Source: Octopus sinensis (taxonomy: Eukaryota). From it: 64,000 bases of DNA. Every line of letters starts with the position of its first letter. Within the stretch, counting starts at the first letter, position 1. The position numbers and the translations under genes are program-made. Of the stretch, positions 34,601-47,240 are shown one piece after another. The notes beneath the pieces are model-generated. The model worked only from the letters and a program-made list of their open reading frames with translations, was not told the DNA's origin and searched no databases. The stretch is taken from positions 28,830,001-28,894,000 of the forward strand of contig NC_043006.1 of the NCBI RefSeq assembly GCF_006345805.1. The letters run 5' to 3'.

Positions 34601-35115
34601 CATGTTGATCAATTTTGATTTTTGATTTTGATTTTGATTTTGATTTTCAAATTTTGGCACAAGGCCAGCAAGTTTAGGATAGGTGGGTAAGTCAATTACA
34701 TAAAACCTAGTGCTCAACTGGTGCTTATTTTATCAACCCTGAAAAGATAAAAGCAAAGTCAAACTTGATAGAATTTGAACTCAGAACATAAAGGCGGACA
34801 AAAGCATTTTGCCTGGCGTGCTAACGATTCTGCCAGCTCACCACCTTAATAATAATAATAATATAATAATAATAATCCTTTCTTCTACAGGCACAAGGTC
34901 TGACATCTGGTGGGGAGGGAGAATAGTTGATCACATCGACCCCAGTATTTGACTGGTACTTAATTTATCAACCCTGAAAGGATGAAAAGCAAAGTCAACC
35001 TCAGCAGAATTTGAACCCAGAACGTAGCAGTAGACAAAATACTGCTAAGCATTTCACCTACCATGCTAACAATTCTGCCAGCTCACCGCCTTAACAACAA
35101 CAACAACAACAACAA

Positions 35116-35310
35116 AGATAGGGAAAAAATAGGAAAACACAAAGACTTAGTAAGGGAAATACAAAGACTGTGGAGGATTTCTGTTATTGGTGCCATTGGA
35201 CCATTACCAACAGACTTGGTGGGTTCCTTTTTGAGATCAGAGTAGCTGCAAGAATTTCATTAATACAGAAATTTGTTCTATGAGGAACAGAAACAGAAAT
35301 TAGTTGTGAC
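35116..35310 (+). mobile_element. RLE-type LINE C-terminal fragment
   Basis: REKIGKHKDLVREIQRLWRISVIGAIG (compare EKxxKYxDLxxE..LW..VIGALG). Confidence 0.6.
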
Positions 35311-35377
35311 TTGATATCAAGGACACTGATTCTAAATGTAATACATTTGTGCATACCATTAGATAATAATACTAACA

Positions 35378-35414
<37 letters not shown>

Positions 35415-35523
35415 GAGTGAGAGAGCAGAGCATGCCATCACAGTGACACTGGGATAAAATATACGAAGCCCAGTATACCCATCATGACTACCCGTCTGAT
35501 AAGGGTACATTATTATTATTACT

Positions 35524-36065
35524 GAGTGAGAGTGCAGAGCATGCCATCAAAGTAACACTGGGATACAAATATACGAAGCCCAATATAACCATCATAACTC
35601 CTTGTCTGATAAGGGTGCACAAGCACAGCACCACAACCATATGTGCACGACACAGTGATTTCATATCAAAATCAACAGCGCATGATGTTGCATGTGGGGC
35701 TCAGTGAGAATTTTCTTCAGATTGAGTAACCCATACCGCTCAAAAGGTCCCTGAATAAGGGTTGTTTAAGGATGTTAAACGAAACATTCATGTTTCCAGA
35801 GGTGAATTATTCAAACCCCAAAGAATTCTTCTCAACACATGGCTATGATGCTCCCCCACTACTTCAGAGATGCACATATCGTCAGCCACTAAGGGATATG
35901 CTCAACTGGTTACGGTCAAACAACTGACAAGCAAATCTGTGGTATTGAGAAGAATATTTGCTATAATCCATCTTTTATACCAAAACAAAGCATGTACTTG
36001 GTAACACTTCCAATCAGTTAAGATCAGAAGCCATGAAAGCCAGTACCTGGTATTGTACCAGGGCA
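35524..36065 (-). mobile_element. Repeat D, inverted copy
   Basis: Reverse complement of 32888-33442. Confidence 0.8.
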
Positions 36066-38242
36066 TTCATCATCATCACCACCACCACCACCACCATCAC
36101 CATCATCATCATTATTTAAGTGGCGAGCTGGCAGAATCATTAACACGCCAGACAAAATGCTTAGCACATTTCTCCCATGTTTACAAATTCCTCCGAGCTC
36201 GACTTTGGAATCGATAAATTAAGTACCAGCTGTGCCAAAATTTGAAATTATCATCATCGTCGTCGTCGTCATCATCATCATCGTCATCGTCATCATCATC
36301 ATCATCATCATCATCGTCGTCGTCGTCGTGTTGGATTGTTTACATCCCTGAAATTTAGCGGTTCAGTAAAAAGAAACCAATAGACTTATTATTATTTTCA
36401 ATACCGAACTTAAAATAAATATAAGTATTTCAAGGTAGGGCCCTAGCATGGCCACAGTCCAATGACTGAAACACGTAAAAGATAAAAGGTATTTTAAACA
36501 TCCATGTTACGCCCAGGTATTCTACCCTTGAAACGATGTTTACAATGTCAGTATAGACCTTTACTGGTTTCAAGTTTTGGCACACAAGGTTAGCAGCTTT
36601 GGGGTGGAGACAAGTCGATTAAATTGACCCCCAGTGCTCAACTGGGTGGTACTTACTTTATCGAATTTGAACTCAGAACGTAGAGATAGAGGAAATGTCG
36701 CTAAGCGTCTTGCACAAATTTTTGTACATGACCAACCAGGTCAGGTGAGAGGGAAAGTCGATTACATCAACCCCAGTGCTCAACTTGTACTTATTTTATC
36801 GACCACGAAAGCATGAAAGACAAAATCGATCTCGGCGGAATTTGAGCTCTGAACACAGAGACAGGCAGAATATTAAACACTATGTTATATCCAGGTATTC
36901 TATCTATGAAATGATATTTAAATTGTTAATTATGTTGAGAATTAGATTAACTAAAAAAAAAACAAAGCAAGTTCATTCTTGCGTCACAAGAAAAGAAGAC
37001 ACTACAGTTTTCTCTTTTTTGCTCTTAATGCCGAGTTCCTCATAGTACAGCTGAAAGATACCTCTACAAGCATGCCGGCCCGCGCATTCACGAACATACA
37101 TTCATTCATGCAAGAGTATTAATAACGACAACACTAATAAATTATTACTATCAATATGATGATAATATTGAAGAAATTAATGATACAGGGGAATACATTA
37201 GAACTGGAATCTAGTAATAACAAACAAAGCCAACTCAAAGGTGCATTCAAAGGTACATCCGTGACTCAGTAACCAGATGTACGTCAATCATTGCCAGTAT
37301 ATGTGTGTGTGTGTGCGCGTGCGTGGGTGTGTGTGTGCGCGTGCGTGGGTGTGTGTGTGCATATATGGAGTAATGTATGTACGTACGTACGTACGTACGT
37401 ATGTATGTATGTATGTGTGTGTATACACAGACATACGCACACACACACACACACAAACATTCATTCAGCTTACGTCGTTTCGCGTTACGTCTTTCTCAAC
37501 TTCATTTCTTTTAAGAAATACAAATAATATTCTCTTTGTTTTTTCGTGTTACGTCATTTTACGGGTTAAGTCGTATGTCTTAGAATGAATTACCGACTTA
37601 AGGCATGCCTATATATATATATATGGTACTATTAGGTGCTGTAATATGTAGTTCATACTGATATTATGAAAATAAAAATCAATAATATCACAGATCACCA
37701 TAAAACACCTGGAAAATTCGAAATACATAAATTATCAATAATCTAACGACATGATTTTATTCCTTTTTTTTAATTGATCACCAATATCAATTTCAATAAT
37801 GTTTCGTATATTTCCCCAATCGACAGTTTTTTTTTAATAAATAAATAAAATGTTTTAAATCTGTATTTCTCTTGTTGCCTTAATTAAAAGCAAACAATTT
37901 AATTATATTAAAATATATTTCTTATTGGCGTTCAATGTCAAATAACATTCGAAACCAATTCATACTTAATATAACTGTAGAGTTTGGTCAAAGGATTATT
38001 ACACATTTCACACCCAATACATACAAGTTAATATCAATCAGTAAGGGGGTCGAGAGGATACCAAGGCCGTATTTAAAGCATAAAGTTGTTCTAATCCGAT
38101 CGTGACCATGAATAAATCAATTCCATTTTAGTATTTGTATCCAAAGGAAATGATATTCAGAACAAAAGCTTATTTTGATGAAAACTAAAATAAGGATTAT
38201 ATTAAACAAGTGTTGCGAACAAACAAATAATTCACCACTCAC

Positions 38243-38380
38243 CTTGGAGATTATAAGGTAAGGGACTGACTACTTTCACTTTGTGCAGACGACGAGAGTA
38301 AACCCAATTAAATGCAGGAGGAACTCCGCAGTGGGAGAATGACGACAAAGAGTGGCAACAAGGGAGGCAATCATTTTCAT
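38243..38380 (-). other. Candidate non-coding first exon of a - strand gene (possibly the cupin gene)
   Basis: Consensus donor CAAG|GTGAGT at 38243/38242 in unique, relatively GC-rich sequence 0.8 kb upstream of the SPAG7 ATG. The upstream edge is unknown. Confidence 0.4.
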
Positions 38381-38424
38381 AGATGAAATTTAGTACTTTC
38401 TTAATTTGTTGCTAACGTTTCTGC

Positions 38425-38745
38425 TTTGTCTTACTTTTATATTTTACTTGTTTCGGTCTTTGAACCGCGGTCATGCTAAGGCACCACTTTGAAGGGTTTA
38501 GTCGAACAAATCGACTCCAGTACTTATTTTCATTTTAAGTTTGGTACTTATTGGATCGGTCGCTTTTCACTAAGTTACGGAGACGTAAACAAACCAGCAC
38601 TGGTAGTCAAGCGGAAGTGGAATAAAAACACAAACACGCGCGCGCATACATACATACATACATACATATGTGTTACGGGTTTTCTTTCATTTTCAGTTTA
38701 CCAGATTTACCCACTAGGCTTTGGTCAGCTCAGAGCTGACTGTAT
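38425..38745 (-). mobile_element. SINE family A copy
   Basis: TTTACTTGTTTCGGTC...GCGGTCATGCT...CAAATCGACTCCAG...TTCAGTTTACCAGAT. Confidence 0.7.
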
Positions 38746-39042
38746 TGGAAAAATATAGTTGGGAAGCAATTAGAAAAGTTTATTTAGAAATTAAATTTTA
38801 TTCTTTATTTAACTGGAAGTGAAATAATCGGAATAAAAACAAAGAGATTAGATGAGGAACCACAGCTACGTAGAGATAAGCTTGTAGGGGGGATAACTCT
38901 GAAATACACTCCTATTTACGGTGCAGTCGGACATGCTTTTCTTTGTTGACCGCTAAAATCTTCCAAGGAGCTTCCATTTCTAAGTAACCTCACATCACTT
39001 GCTACATATTTTGTTTCTTTTTTAAAAAAACGACTACTTAAA

Positions 39043-39121
39043 ATGGATTTGTTAGGTTCAATACTTGGTTCCATGGAACCACCGCCGTCTATAGGAGATG
39101 AAGCTAAAAAAAGAGTTAAAG
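39043..39121 (+). CDS. SPAG7: SPAG7 exon 1: MDLLGSILGSMEPPPSIGDEAKKRVK(E)
   Basis: Matches the SPAG7 N-terminus (human [20 protein letters not shown]). Donor G|GTTAGT, phase 1. Confidence 0.93.
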
Positions 39122-39217
39122 GTTAGTATCCGTTTAAGAAGGGAATTAAAATTACTGTTTATAATTGTATAACCCACACATTGTTAGAAAAATTTGCACG
39201 AATTCATCTAATGTATT

Positions 39218-39271
<54 letters not shown>

Positions 39272-39597
39272 CTTACTATAGTTAGATCATTGACATTTAT
39301 AATGCTAATTTGTCTCCTACTTCTTCCTTCCCAGACAAAATAAATTTATACAGTATAGTGTTGATGTATATATGCTGGCGTGTTTACTGTATAGTTATAT
39401 GTATAATTATATAGTTCTTATCTAGTGTGTGGGTGTATGATAAATAGTAATATGTATATTTATATAAAACATGCATGGTATATATGTGTAAATGTACATA
39501 TATTTATCAAAACACTAAACGCTTCACCTATATTCAAGTTTTGATAAAATATGGAGTCAATAACTTCGATTATGTAAAATTTCACGCACACACATGC

Positions 39598-39650
<53 letters not shown>

Positions 39651-40668
39651 AAACGTAAATAATCGTATTTGGAGATTCAGTAGTTGAAACATGGGATCGT
39701 TTTAAATGCTTTCCAGCCACCAGACTTTTCTCAGTAATCACCATCATGTAAAAATACATCTGCTGTGCAGAAAATAAATTGTATGGTTTGGAAAGCATTT
39801 ATAAAAATCCGAACATGTCGGATATATATATATATACACGCTTGCAAACTGCGTGTTTCTCTTTTTAATCCTCTTGTCTGAAGACATTGTACATTCGTAC
39901 TGAATTTAAATATACAAATACGTATGCTTTAATCAATAATAACTTCATCAGCATTATTAAACTGGTAGGCAGTGCTTTAGCAATCTACGTCCTTAGCTTT
40001 ACATTTTTTTTTTTTTTCATTTCCCGCTATTGTGACTAGAATTTCGCTGTCTTACATATTACAGGAAGATAAAAATGGTATTTAGTAATCAGGAAAAAAA
40101 AGTAATATAATAAAGGAAATGATTTCAACTGTTTTTTTTTTTATTCCAAAGATTCTCTTCCGATACTTGGTAAGGTATTGTTGTTAGTGGTGAACTTCTC
40201 AACCCGGCTTTTCGAAATTCTGATTTCTTTAATAATTCAGCTATTGGAGTGACATACTTATTTTCAGTTGTAGGTATATGCTTATTGATTGTCTTTTCTT
40301 GATTATTATTATTATACGGTATTGCAAGGAGATTTTTTTTTTTTAAATCCATCGCGTTTCAGTTAAAAACTCACGTGTCAATGTTGACACTTGTCGTAGG
40401 TTTACCATCACAGCCCTGTCCGAGCCGACTTTTGATCACAGGTATTCCAATCATGATCACCCCGACACACATACACGCACACACATGTATGGTTTTCCTC
40501 AATAATTAAATTTCCTATGAATATATAGCCTCAAAAGATATATCTTATACAGCAAGCTGAGATTGGTGTGGATGTGCTATCAGAAGACAAAGGCAATATG
40601 AAAAGAAAGCATTTTGAAATATGTAGGAATTCTTCAAATGACTGATTCTAATGTTTATTTTCCTACAG

Positions 40669-40736
40669 AACAAAATGCTTTGCTGAAGAAAAAGCAGGAA
40701 GACGAAAAGAACAGGTTAGAACAATTTCGGGCTCAG
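40669..40736 (+). CDS. SPAG7: SPAG7 exon 2: (E)QNALLKKKQEDEKNRLEQFRAQ
   Basis: Acceptor TTTTCCTACAG, donor CAG|GTGAGA. Phases 1 to 0 are consistent with the neighbouring exons. Confidence 0.9.
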
Positions 40737-41269
40737 GTGAGAATTAATAAAACGTTTCTAAAATCTTTGTTTACCACCCACCCTCATCTTTCCTTCCTGT
40801 TTTCATAAATGAGAACAACCATCATTAATGATGTATGTCCCCAAAATACTGAACATGTATATAACATATACTGATTATCTGTCTCCATCGTTTCCCTCTT
40901 ATTTTTTTTCAAAGTAAAGTAACACTGTTTTTCAACTGGCTTCACATCACTTTGAATTATTTGATTCTAAATTTTTATTAGCCTACTTATAATCAAATTC
41001 TGTTGCACAATAAAGCAGTGGTGTACTTGTATGTATGCATGCATGCATACACACATACAACAATATGCACAGGCATGGTTGTTGGGAAGTTAGCTTCTCA
41101 ACAACTTGGTTTCAGTCTCACTGCATGCTAATTTGAGCAAGTGTTTTCTACTGCAGCTTTGGGGTCAACCAATGCCATGTGAGTGGATTTGATAAAAGGA
41201 ATCTCTCTCTACCTTTCGATATATATATATATATGTGACCGCGTGTGTACCGTTGGGGATTTTTTTTTT

Positions 41270-41415
41270 TCTCTGTCTTCCCTTCTCTGGATCTTTCCTT
41301 TTCCTATGTTTCTGGCGAAGAGCTCCGCTTCCTTCCTGAACGTCCAATAATACTATATTTGTTCCACGTCCTCGCGTTGTTGTGTTTTCTCTTTGTGTTT
41401 TCATGTTTGGATTAA
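41270..41415 (+). mobile_element. Penelope-like terminal repeat fragment
   Basis: TTTCTGGCGAAGAGCTCCGCT followed by a T-rich tail. Confidence 0.35.
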
Positions 41416-41697
41416 CTGTATATATATATAAGTAGTAATAATAACAATAATCCTTGGCTGGAATTTATAAACATTTGATACATTGCTACATGCGTTTCCA
41501 CAAATCATGTCTTAAGATCACACAAACATGTGATTTGTGGAAACACGTATAGTGATGCATTAAATGTTTATAAATTCCATCCAAGGATTATTGTTATTTC
41601 TATATTTATTCTACATTATATCAGTACAGACTGTGGCTTGCATATTCAAAATGTTTCTTGTAAACAAATTAAAAAGATTTTATATATATATATGTCT

Positions 41698-43550
41698 GTG
41701 TGTCACAGAGAGGCTCATAGCCCAACTAATTAGGGAGAGAATTAGTCTAGATGAGATGCAGTTTGGTTTTGTACCAGGGAGAAGCACCGCTGATGCTATA
41801 TTTCTGGTAAGGCAGGTGTAGGAGAGGTACCTAGCCAAAGATAAACTGCAGTACTTGGCTTTTGTTGATATGGAGAAAGCCTTTGACAGGATCTCCCGAT
41901 CCCTTATCTGGTGATCAGTGTGGAAACTAGGGATAGATGAGTGGTTGGTGAGAGTTGTACAAGCCATGTATAGGAATGTAGTCAGCAAGATGAGGGTTGA
42001 CAATGAGCGGTGAATTCAAAGTAGAAGTAAGGGTCCAGCCCCCTTCTGTTCATCATAGTCCTCCAGGCAACAACAGAGGAATTTAAGACAGGCTGTCCCT
42101 GGGAGCTCCTCTGTACTAATGACCTTGTTCTTATAGCTGAATCACTACCAGAACTAGAGAAGAAATTTCAGATTTAGAAGTAAGGTCTAGAATCAAAGGG
42201 CCTTAGAGTTAACCTACCAAAAATCAAAGTCTTAGTGAGTAGGAAAGCAGACAAACCACAAATGCTCTCAGGTAGATGGCCCTGCTCGATCTGTTAGAAA
42301 TTCCATACAATGTACCCAGTGCAGGCTATGGACACATAGGAGGTGCAGCAATATCAGAGGAAGGTTAACACTGGGAAAATAGTTTTTGAGTGTGGAAGGT
42401 GCACAGGTACAATAAACACTAATGCACAGAAAATAGACTCCAATAGACAAATGCCAGTTGGGTAAGCTAGAGGTAGTTGATTGCTTCCATTATCTAGCTG
42501 ATCAAGTCAGTAGCAGAGATAGTTGCTCTGAGACCATAGCTGTGAGAATAAGAATAGGCTGGGCAAAGTTCAGAGAGCTCCTACCTCTGTTGGCAACAAA
42601 GGGCCTTTTCCTCAGAGTAAAAGGCAGATTGTATGATGCCTGCATGTGAACAGCTATACTACACAGCAATGAAACATGGGCTGTCACTACCAAGGACACG
42701 TAGGCATGAAAGAAATGAAGCTAGCATGCTTTGCTGGATGTGCAATGTCAGTGTGCATGTTTGACAGAGTATAAGCATTTCGAGAGAAAAGTTGGGCATA
42801 AAAGGCATTAGATGTGGTTTGCAAGAGAGACAACTGCACTGGTATGGTCATGTCATGTGTATGGATGAGAACACCTGTGTAAAGAAGTACCAATCTGTAA
42901 CTGTGGAGGGAACCTGTGGAAGGAGTAGACTTGAGAAAACATGGGATAAGATGGTGAAGCATGGTCTTCAAATGTTGAGTCTCATGGAAGCAGTGACTAG
43001 TGACCAAGACTTTTGGCAATATGCTGTGCTTGAGAAGACCCATCAAACCAAGTGAAATCATAGTCATGGCCAATGCTGATGTCATGTAACTGGCATGTAA
43101 AAAGCACCTATCTAGCATTGGGCCTCACAGAGGCAATATGGCCAATGCCAGTGTTGCATAACTAGCACCTGTGCTGGTGTCATGTAACTAGCACTTGTGC
43201 CAGTGTCACATAACTAGCACCTGTGCTGGTGGCACAAAAACACTTTTTGATCGTTGGGCCTCATGGAGGCAATGACAAATGACCTTCAGCAATATGCCGT
43301 GCATGAGTGGAAAACCCATCAAGCCAAGTGAAATAATAGTGATGGCAGATATTGGTGTCGTGCAACTGGCACCTGTGCCGGTGACACATAAAAGCACCCA
43401 TTTCTCAGAGTGACTGGTGATAGGAAGGGTATCCAGCTATAGAAACTGTGCCAAATCAGACTGGAGTCTGGTGCAGCCCCTCAGTTTACTCTGGTCAAAC
43501 CATCCAACCCATGCTGGACTGGACAACAGATGTTAAAGGATGATGATGAT
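41698..43550 (+). mobile_element. 5'-truncated, degenerate RTE-clade LINE in SPAG7 intron 2
   Basis: QFGFVPGRSTADAIFLVRQ, AFVDMEKAFD, CPWELL(Y)xNDL, LHWYGHV. The 3' UTR has ~30-bp repeats and a (GAT)n tail. Confidence 0.9.
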
Positions 43551-43767
43551 TTTATTCTTTTACTTGTTTCAGTCATTTCACTGCAGCCATGTGGGAGCAC
43601 TGCCTTGAAGGGTTTTTAGTCTCCAAGACTTATTCTTTGTAAGCCTAGTGCTTATCCTATCAGTCTCTTTTGCCAAACTGCTAAGTTGCAAGGGACATAG
43701 ACACACCAGCACTGGTTGTCAAGCAGTGATGGGGGAACAAACATGGACACAAAGACACACACACATA

Positions 43768-44958
43768 TTGGGTTATTCCATAAATAATGCAGTTTTTTTC
43801 AATTGCATGGACTAAAAGTCAGAGTAGGACGGGTTAAACTACCTGCATCAACTTGCTATAAAAGCAGGTAGTAATTTTACCTTGTATCTATTCTTAGTGC
43901 AAGTTTTGAAGAGTGCAATTCGATTTTAACAGTTATTTTTTCAAAGCTGTAATGGAAGTGACAAAGCAGCATATTCAATATATTTTGCTTTATTAGTTCA
44001 ATAAAGATAACACTGCAACAGACAGTGTGAGGAATATTAATGCAGTATATGGGAATCGGACAATAAGCATAAGCCAGTGTCAACGTTGCTTCCAGAAATT
44101 CTATGCTGGAAACTACAGCCTAGAAGACGACGAACCTCATCCTGGAGGATCTGTAGAGCTTGAGGATGTCCTGCAAACCCTAGTGGAACAAAATCCCATT
44201 ATAACTGTTGAGGGACTAGCAGAGAAGTTTGGATTTGGTCATTCAACCATTCATTGACACCTGCATGCCATTGGAAAAGTCAGCAAATGTGTTCGCTTCT
44301 TTGCTGTCACATCTCACGAATGAACCTTTTTTGGACCGAATACTGACTAGTGACAAGAATTGGATTCTCTATAAAAATGTCAAGCACCGAAGACAGTGAG
44401 TAGCAAAAGGAGGAACACTGGCACCCCAAGCTAAAGAAGGTCTTCACCCATGTAAGGTGTTATTATCTGTTTGGTGGGATATGAAATGTTTAGTCTACTT
44501 TGAACTTTTAAACACCCAAACCAAACAATAACAAAGGAGATCTACTGCGAGCAGCTTGAGTGGCTTAAGTCAGCACTAGAAGGAAAATGACAATCTTTGG
44601 TTTCAAGACAAAAAGTGTTCTTCTATCAGGATAATGCAAGGATGACATTCCAAAGACTGGAACAACTTGAATGGGAAACAATGCCCCATCTGATTATTAT
44701 TTATTCCACAGTCTTCAAAATCATTTGGACAGAAAAATTATGGATTCTGTAGACAAGGTCAGAACAGTACTGGAGGAGTATTTTTCATAATGGACAAGTG
44801 AATTTTGGAAGAAGGGCCTTGCAAATCTACCAGATAGATAGAAGAGCATTGTAGAAAATGAAGGAGAGTATATTTTAGATTAAAAAAGAACTTTGTTTAT
44901 CTTAATTTTGAGAAATAAAAGAAGTATAAAAAACCACATTATTTATGGGATGACCCAA
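43768..44958 (+). mobile_element. Mariner (Tc1/mariner) transposon, 1191 bp
   Basis: TIR TTGGGTTATTCCATAAATAATGCAGTTTTTT / reverse complement TTGGGTCATCCCATAAATAATGTGGTTTTTT. TA duplicated on both sides. Confidence 0.93.
43952..44883 (+). pseudogene. Inactivated mariner transposase
   Basis: MEVTKQHIQYILLY, HTH (QRCFQKFYAGNYSLED), LTSDKNWILY, LHPCKVLLSVWW, QDNA, SDYYLF. The YSPDLAP motif is deleted and there are several stops. Confidence 0.9.
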
Positions 44959-45565
44959 TATATATGACAGGCTTCTTTCAGTTTCCGTTTATCAAATCCA
45001 CTCAAGGCTTTGGTTGGCCTGACACTATAGTAGAAGACACTTTCCCAAGGTGCCATGCAGTAGGACTGAACTCAATACATATATGCATAAAATAAATGAA
45101 AGGGGGATCAAGGAATCCAGGCAGTTACCTCAGTCCGCATGCTTGCGAATACTAACTCACAGAATGTATAGAATAGAACAATGCTTCAGTAGAAGTTTGT
45201 GTTTCACACAGACTGAAAGTCCAGGAGGTTTTCTTCAGTCACAGAGTATGAAATAACAAGCTAAAGAAAGGAGGTACTGGTATGACATGTATTCCTTGGT
45301 TACAGCTGTTTCAACAACATATGGATTAAATAACTCATGTAACAAGTTAGAAAACATGAATATGAACAATAGTTATGTTACATCGATTATATAATGTAAA
45401 ATTTATTGCCATTTCATCATGTTCTTATGAATAAATAATACTGATATATCCGTTAGGTCATGAAATGTCTATGGATTTTACAATATATAATCAATATTAT
45501 ATCATCACTGTTATATAATCTTTGCTCATATTCATGTTTTCCAACTTGTTAAATGATTTATTTAA

Positions 45566-45781
45566 TCCTTTAGCATTCAGATTACCCTGTCAAATGTAAT
45601 GCTTATTCACATTGTTTTAAATTAAATGTGTTTTATCATGTAGCTTTGAGATTTCAGTGATGTGATTGTTAATTTTTAGAATGACATTGGAGGGTAAGTG
45701 TGAGAGGCAGGTTCTAGTTGGTTTGAGCATAAAACAAGTAGAATATATGGGTCAGGTATAGCCAATGTAAATGTGAAAGGG
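45566..45781. mobile_element. piggyBac-type MITE (TTAA TSD)
   Basis: TTAA|TCCTTTAGCATT ... ATGTGAAAGGG|TTAA. Same family as 57719-57913. Confidence 0.75.
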
Positions 45782-46220
45782 TTAACCCATATGTTGAAAC
45801 AGTTGTAACCAAGGAATGAATGTGATACCAATACTGCTATTCTTTTACTTGTTATATATGTGACATTGTGGCACATCGCAGCCCTGTGACTTGCTGGATA
45901 CTGTTAAACTGTTCAGTCTATATCAGCATAGAAAATGCCAATTGACGATGACCATGATGGGTGTATGTATTTGTATATTTGTTTACATTTGTGTTTCTCT
46001 GATAATCTCTCAGTTACAAGCAGTGACATTGCTGTCATTTCTCCCATCCACTGGCTTTGCACCTTTGAAGACATTAGTGATAGGAAGGGTATTCTATGCT
46101 AGCATAGAAGAACAGGTATAAAATGAATGGATGAACAATGTGCTACTTGTACACTGCACTGCTTCTATCTTTTCTATGTTTTCTACTTTACATATAAGCA
46201 GTTTAGTTTATATATAGGCT

Positions 46221-46409
46221 GTGCAGGTGGCACGTAAAAAGCACCCACTACACTCACGGAGTGGTTGGTGTTAGGAAGGGCATCCAGCTGTAGAAACACT
46301 GCCAGATAAGACTGGAGCCTGGTGCAGCCTTCTGGCTTCCCAGATCCCCGGTCGAACCGTCCAACCCATTGCTAGCATGGAGAACGGACGTTAAACGATG
46401 ATGATGATA
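46221..46409 (+). mobile_element. RTE-type 3' tail copy
   Basis: GTGGCACGTAAAAAGCACCCACTACAC...GGACGTTAAACGATGATGATG. Confidence 0.85.
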
Positions 46410-47024
46410 GACTGTTTAAAATAAATGATGTTTATTCTGCTGTTCAGAACATTTAGTTCCCATTGTCATTGGTAATTGCCATTACTGCTAAAAGTTCTTT
46501 ATTCAGTTTTTGTTTATCGTCATATTTTTATTTAATATGACCTCTCACAAGCAATCAATGATGGCTAAAGCACTAGAAACCACTGTTTGTTCCACTTTAA
46601 CTGTGTAACTGTCTTTCCAAGAAATCCTACTTCCCTAACGTTGCTCTTACCATGTTGCATTGTACAAGACAGTCTCTGTTATCATTGCAATCTGTTGATA
46701 ATAAACCACTTGACATTCAACATTAAGTAGGTTAGTTATAATATAAATAGTAGATAAATATTTATTCATATAATGTACTAGTGTAATAAATAATTTATTG
46801 TTTCAGAGAGATGATTTATTAATATCTATTCCTATTGACTCTTTCTCACATCTGAAGACAATTTGGGATGCAATGACACAATGAATTAATTGATCTACCT
46901 GAGTATGAAGTAGAATACTGCTAACAGGTTTGAATTCAAATTTCATGGGATTGTACTTTACTATTTTATCAGCCCATTCATTTAACTCGTATTACCTGTA
47001 ATTAAAATCTTTATAATGAGGTGC

Positions 47025-47240
47025 AGGTGTAACTGTGTAGTTAAGAGCTTTCTTCCCAACCATGTTGTCTTGGGTTCAGTCCCCTGTGCAACAGTAACTT
47101 AGTGGTTCAGTAAAAGAGACTGATAGAATAAGTATTAGGCTTAAAAAATAATTAGAGGTTGATTTGTTTGAGTAAACCCTTCAAGGTGGTACCCCAGTAT
47201 GGCCACAGTTCTGTGACTGAAATAAGCAAAATATAAAAGA
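47025..47240 (+). mobile_element. SINE family A, internally deleted
   Basis: Head, then GTAACTTAGTGGTTCAGTAAAAGAGAC, then the tail GACTGAAATAAGCAAAA. Confidence 0.7.

Larger units (their letters stand above)
30525..35092 (-). mobile_element. Cluster of about 8 co-oriented SINE family C copies
   Basis: Copies at about 30525-30718, 31400-31575, 31585-31800, 31829-32049, 32480-32680, 33980-34175, 34650-34848 and 34872-35092, several separated by (AAT)n. Confidence 0.8.
43553..45075 (-). mobile_element. SINE family A copy split by a mariner
   Basis: 3' half at 43553-43767 and 5' half at 44959-45075, broken at the internal TA microsatellite. Confidence 0.8.

Noticed and set aside
36973-37101. 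Short - strand ORF MYVRECAGRHACRGIFQLYYEELGIKSKK...
   Set aside because: Only about 42 aa with no known motif, compatible with chance.
40125-40352. 75-aa - strand ORF in SPAG7 intron 1
   Set aside because: Low-complexity ends, no domain and no clear splice sites.
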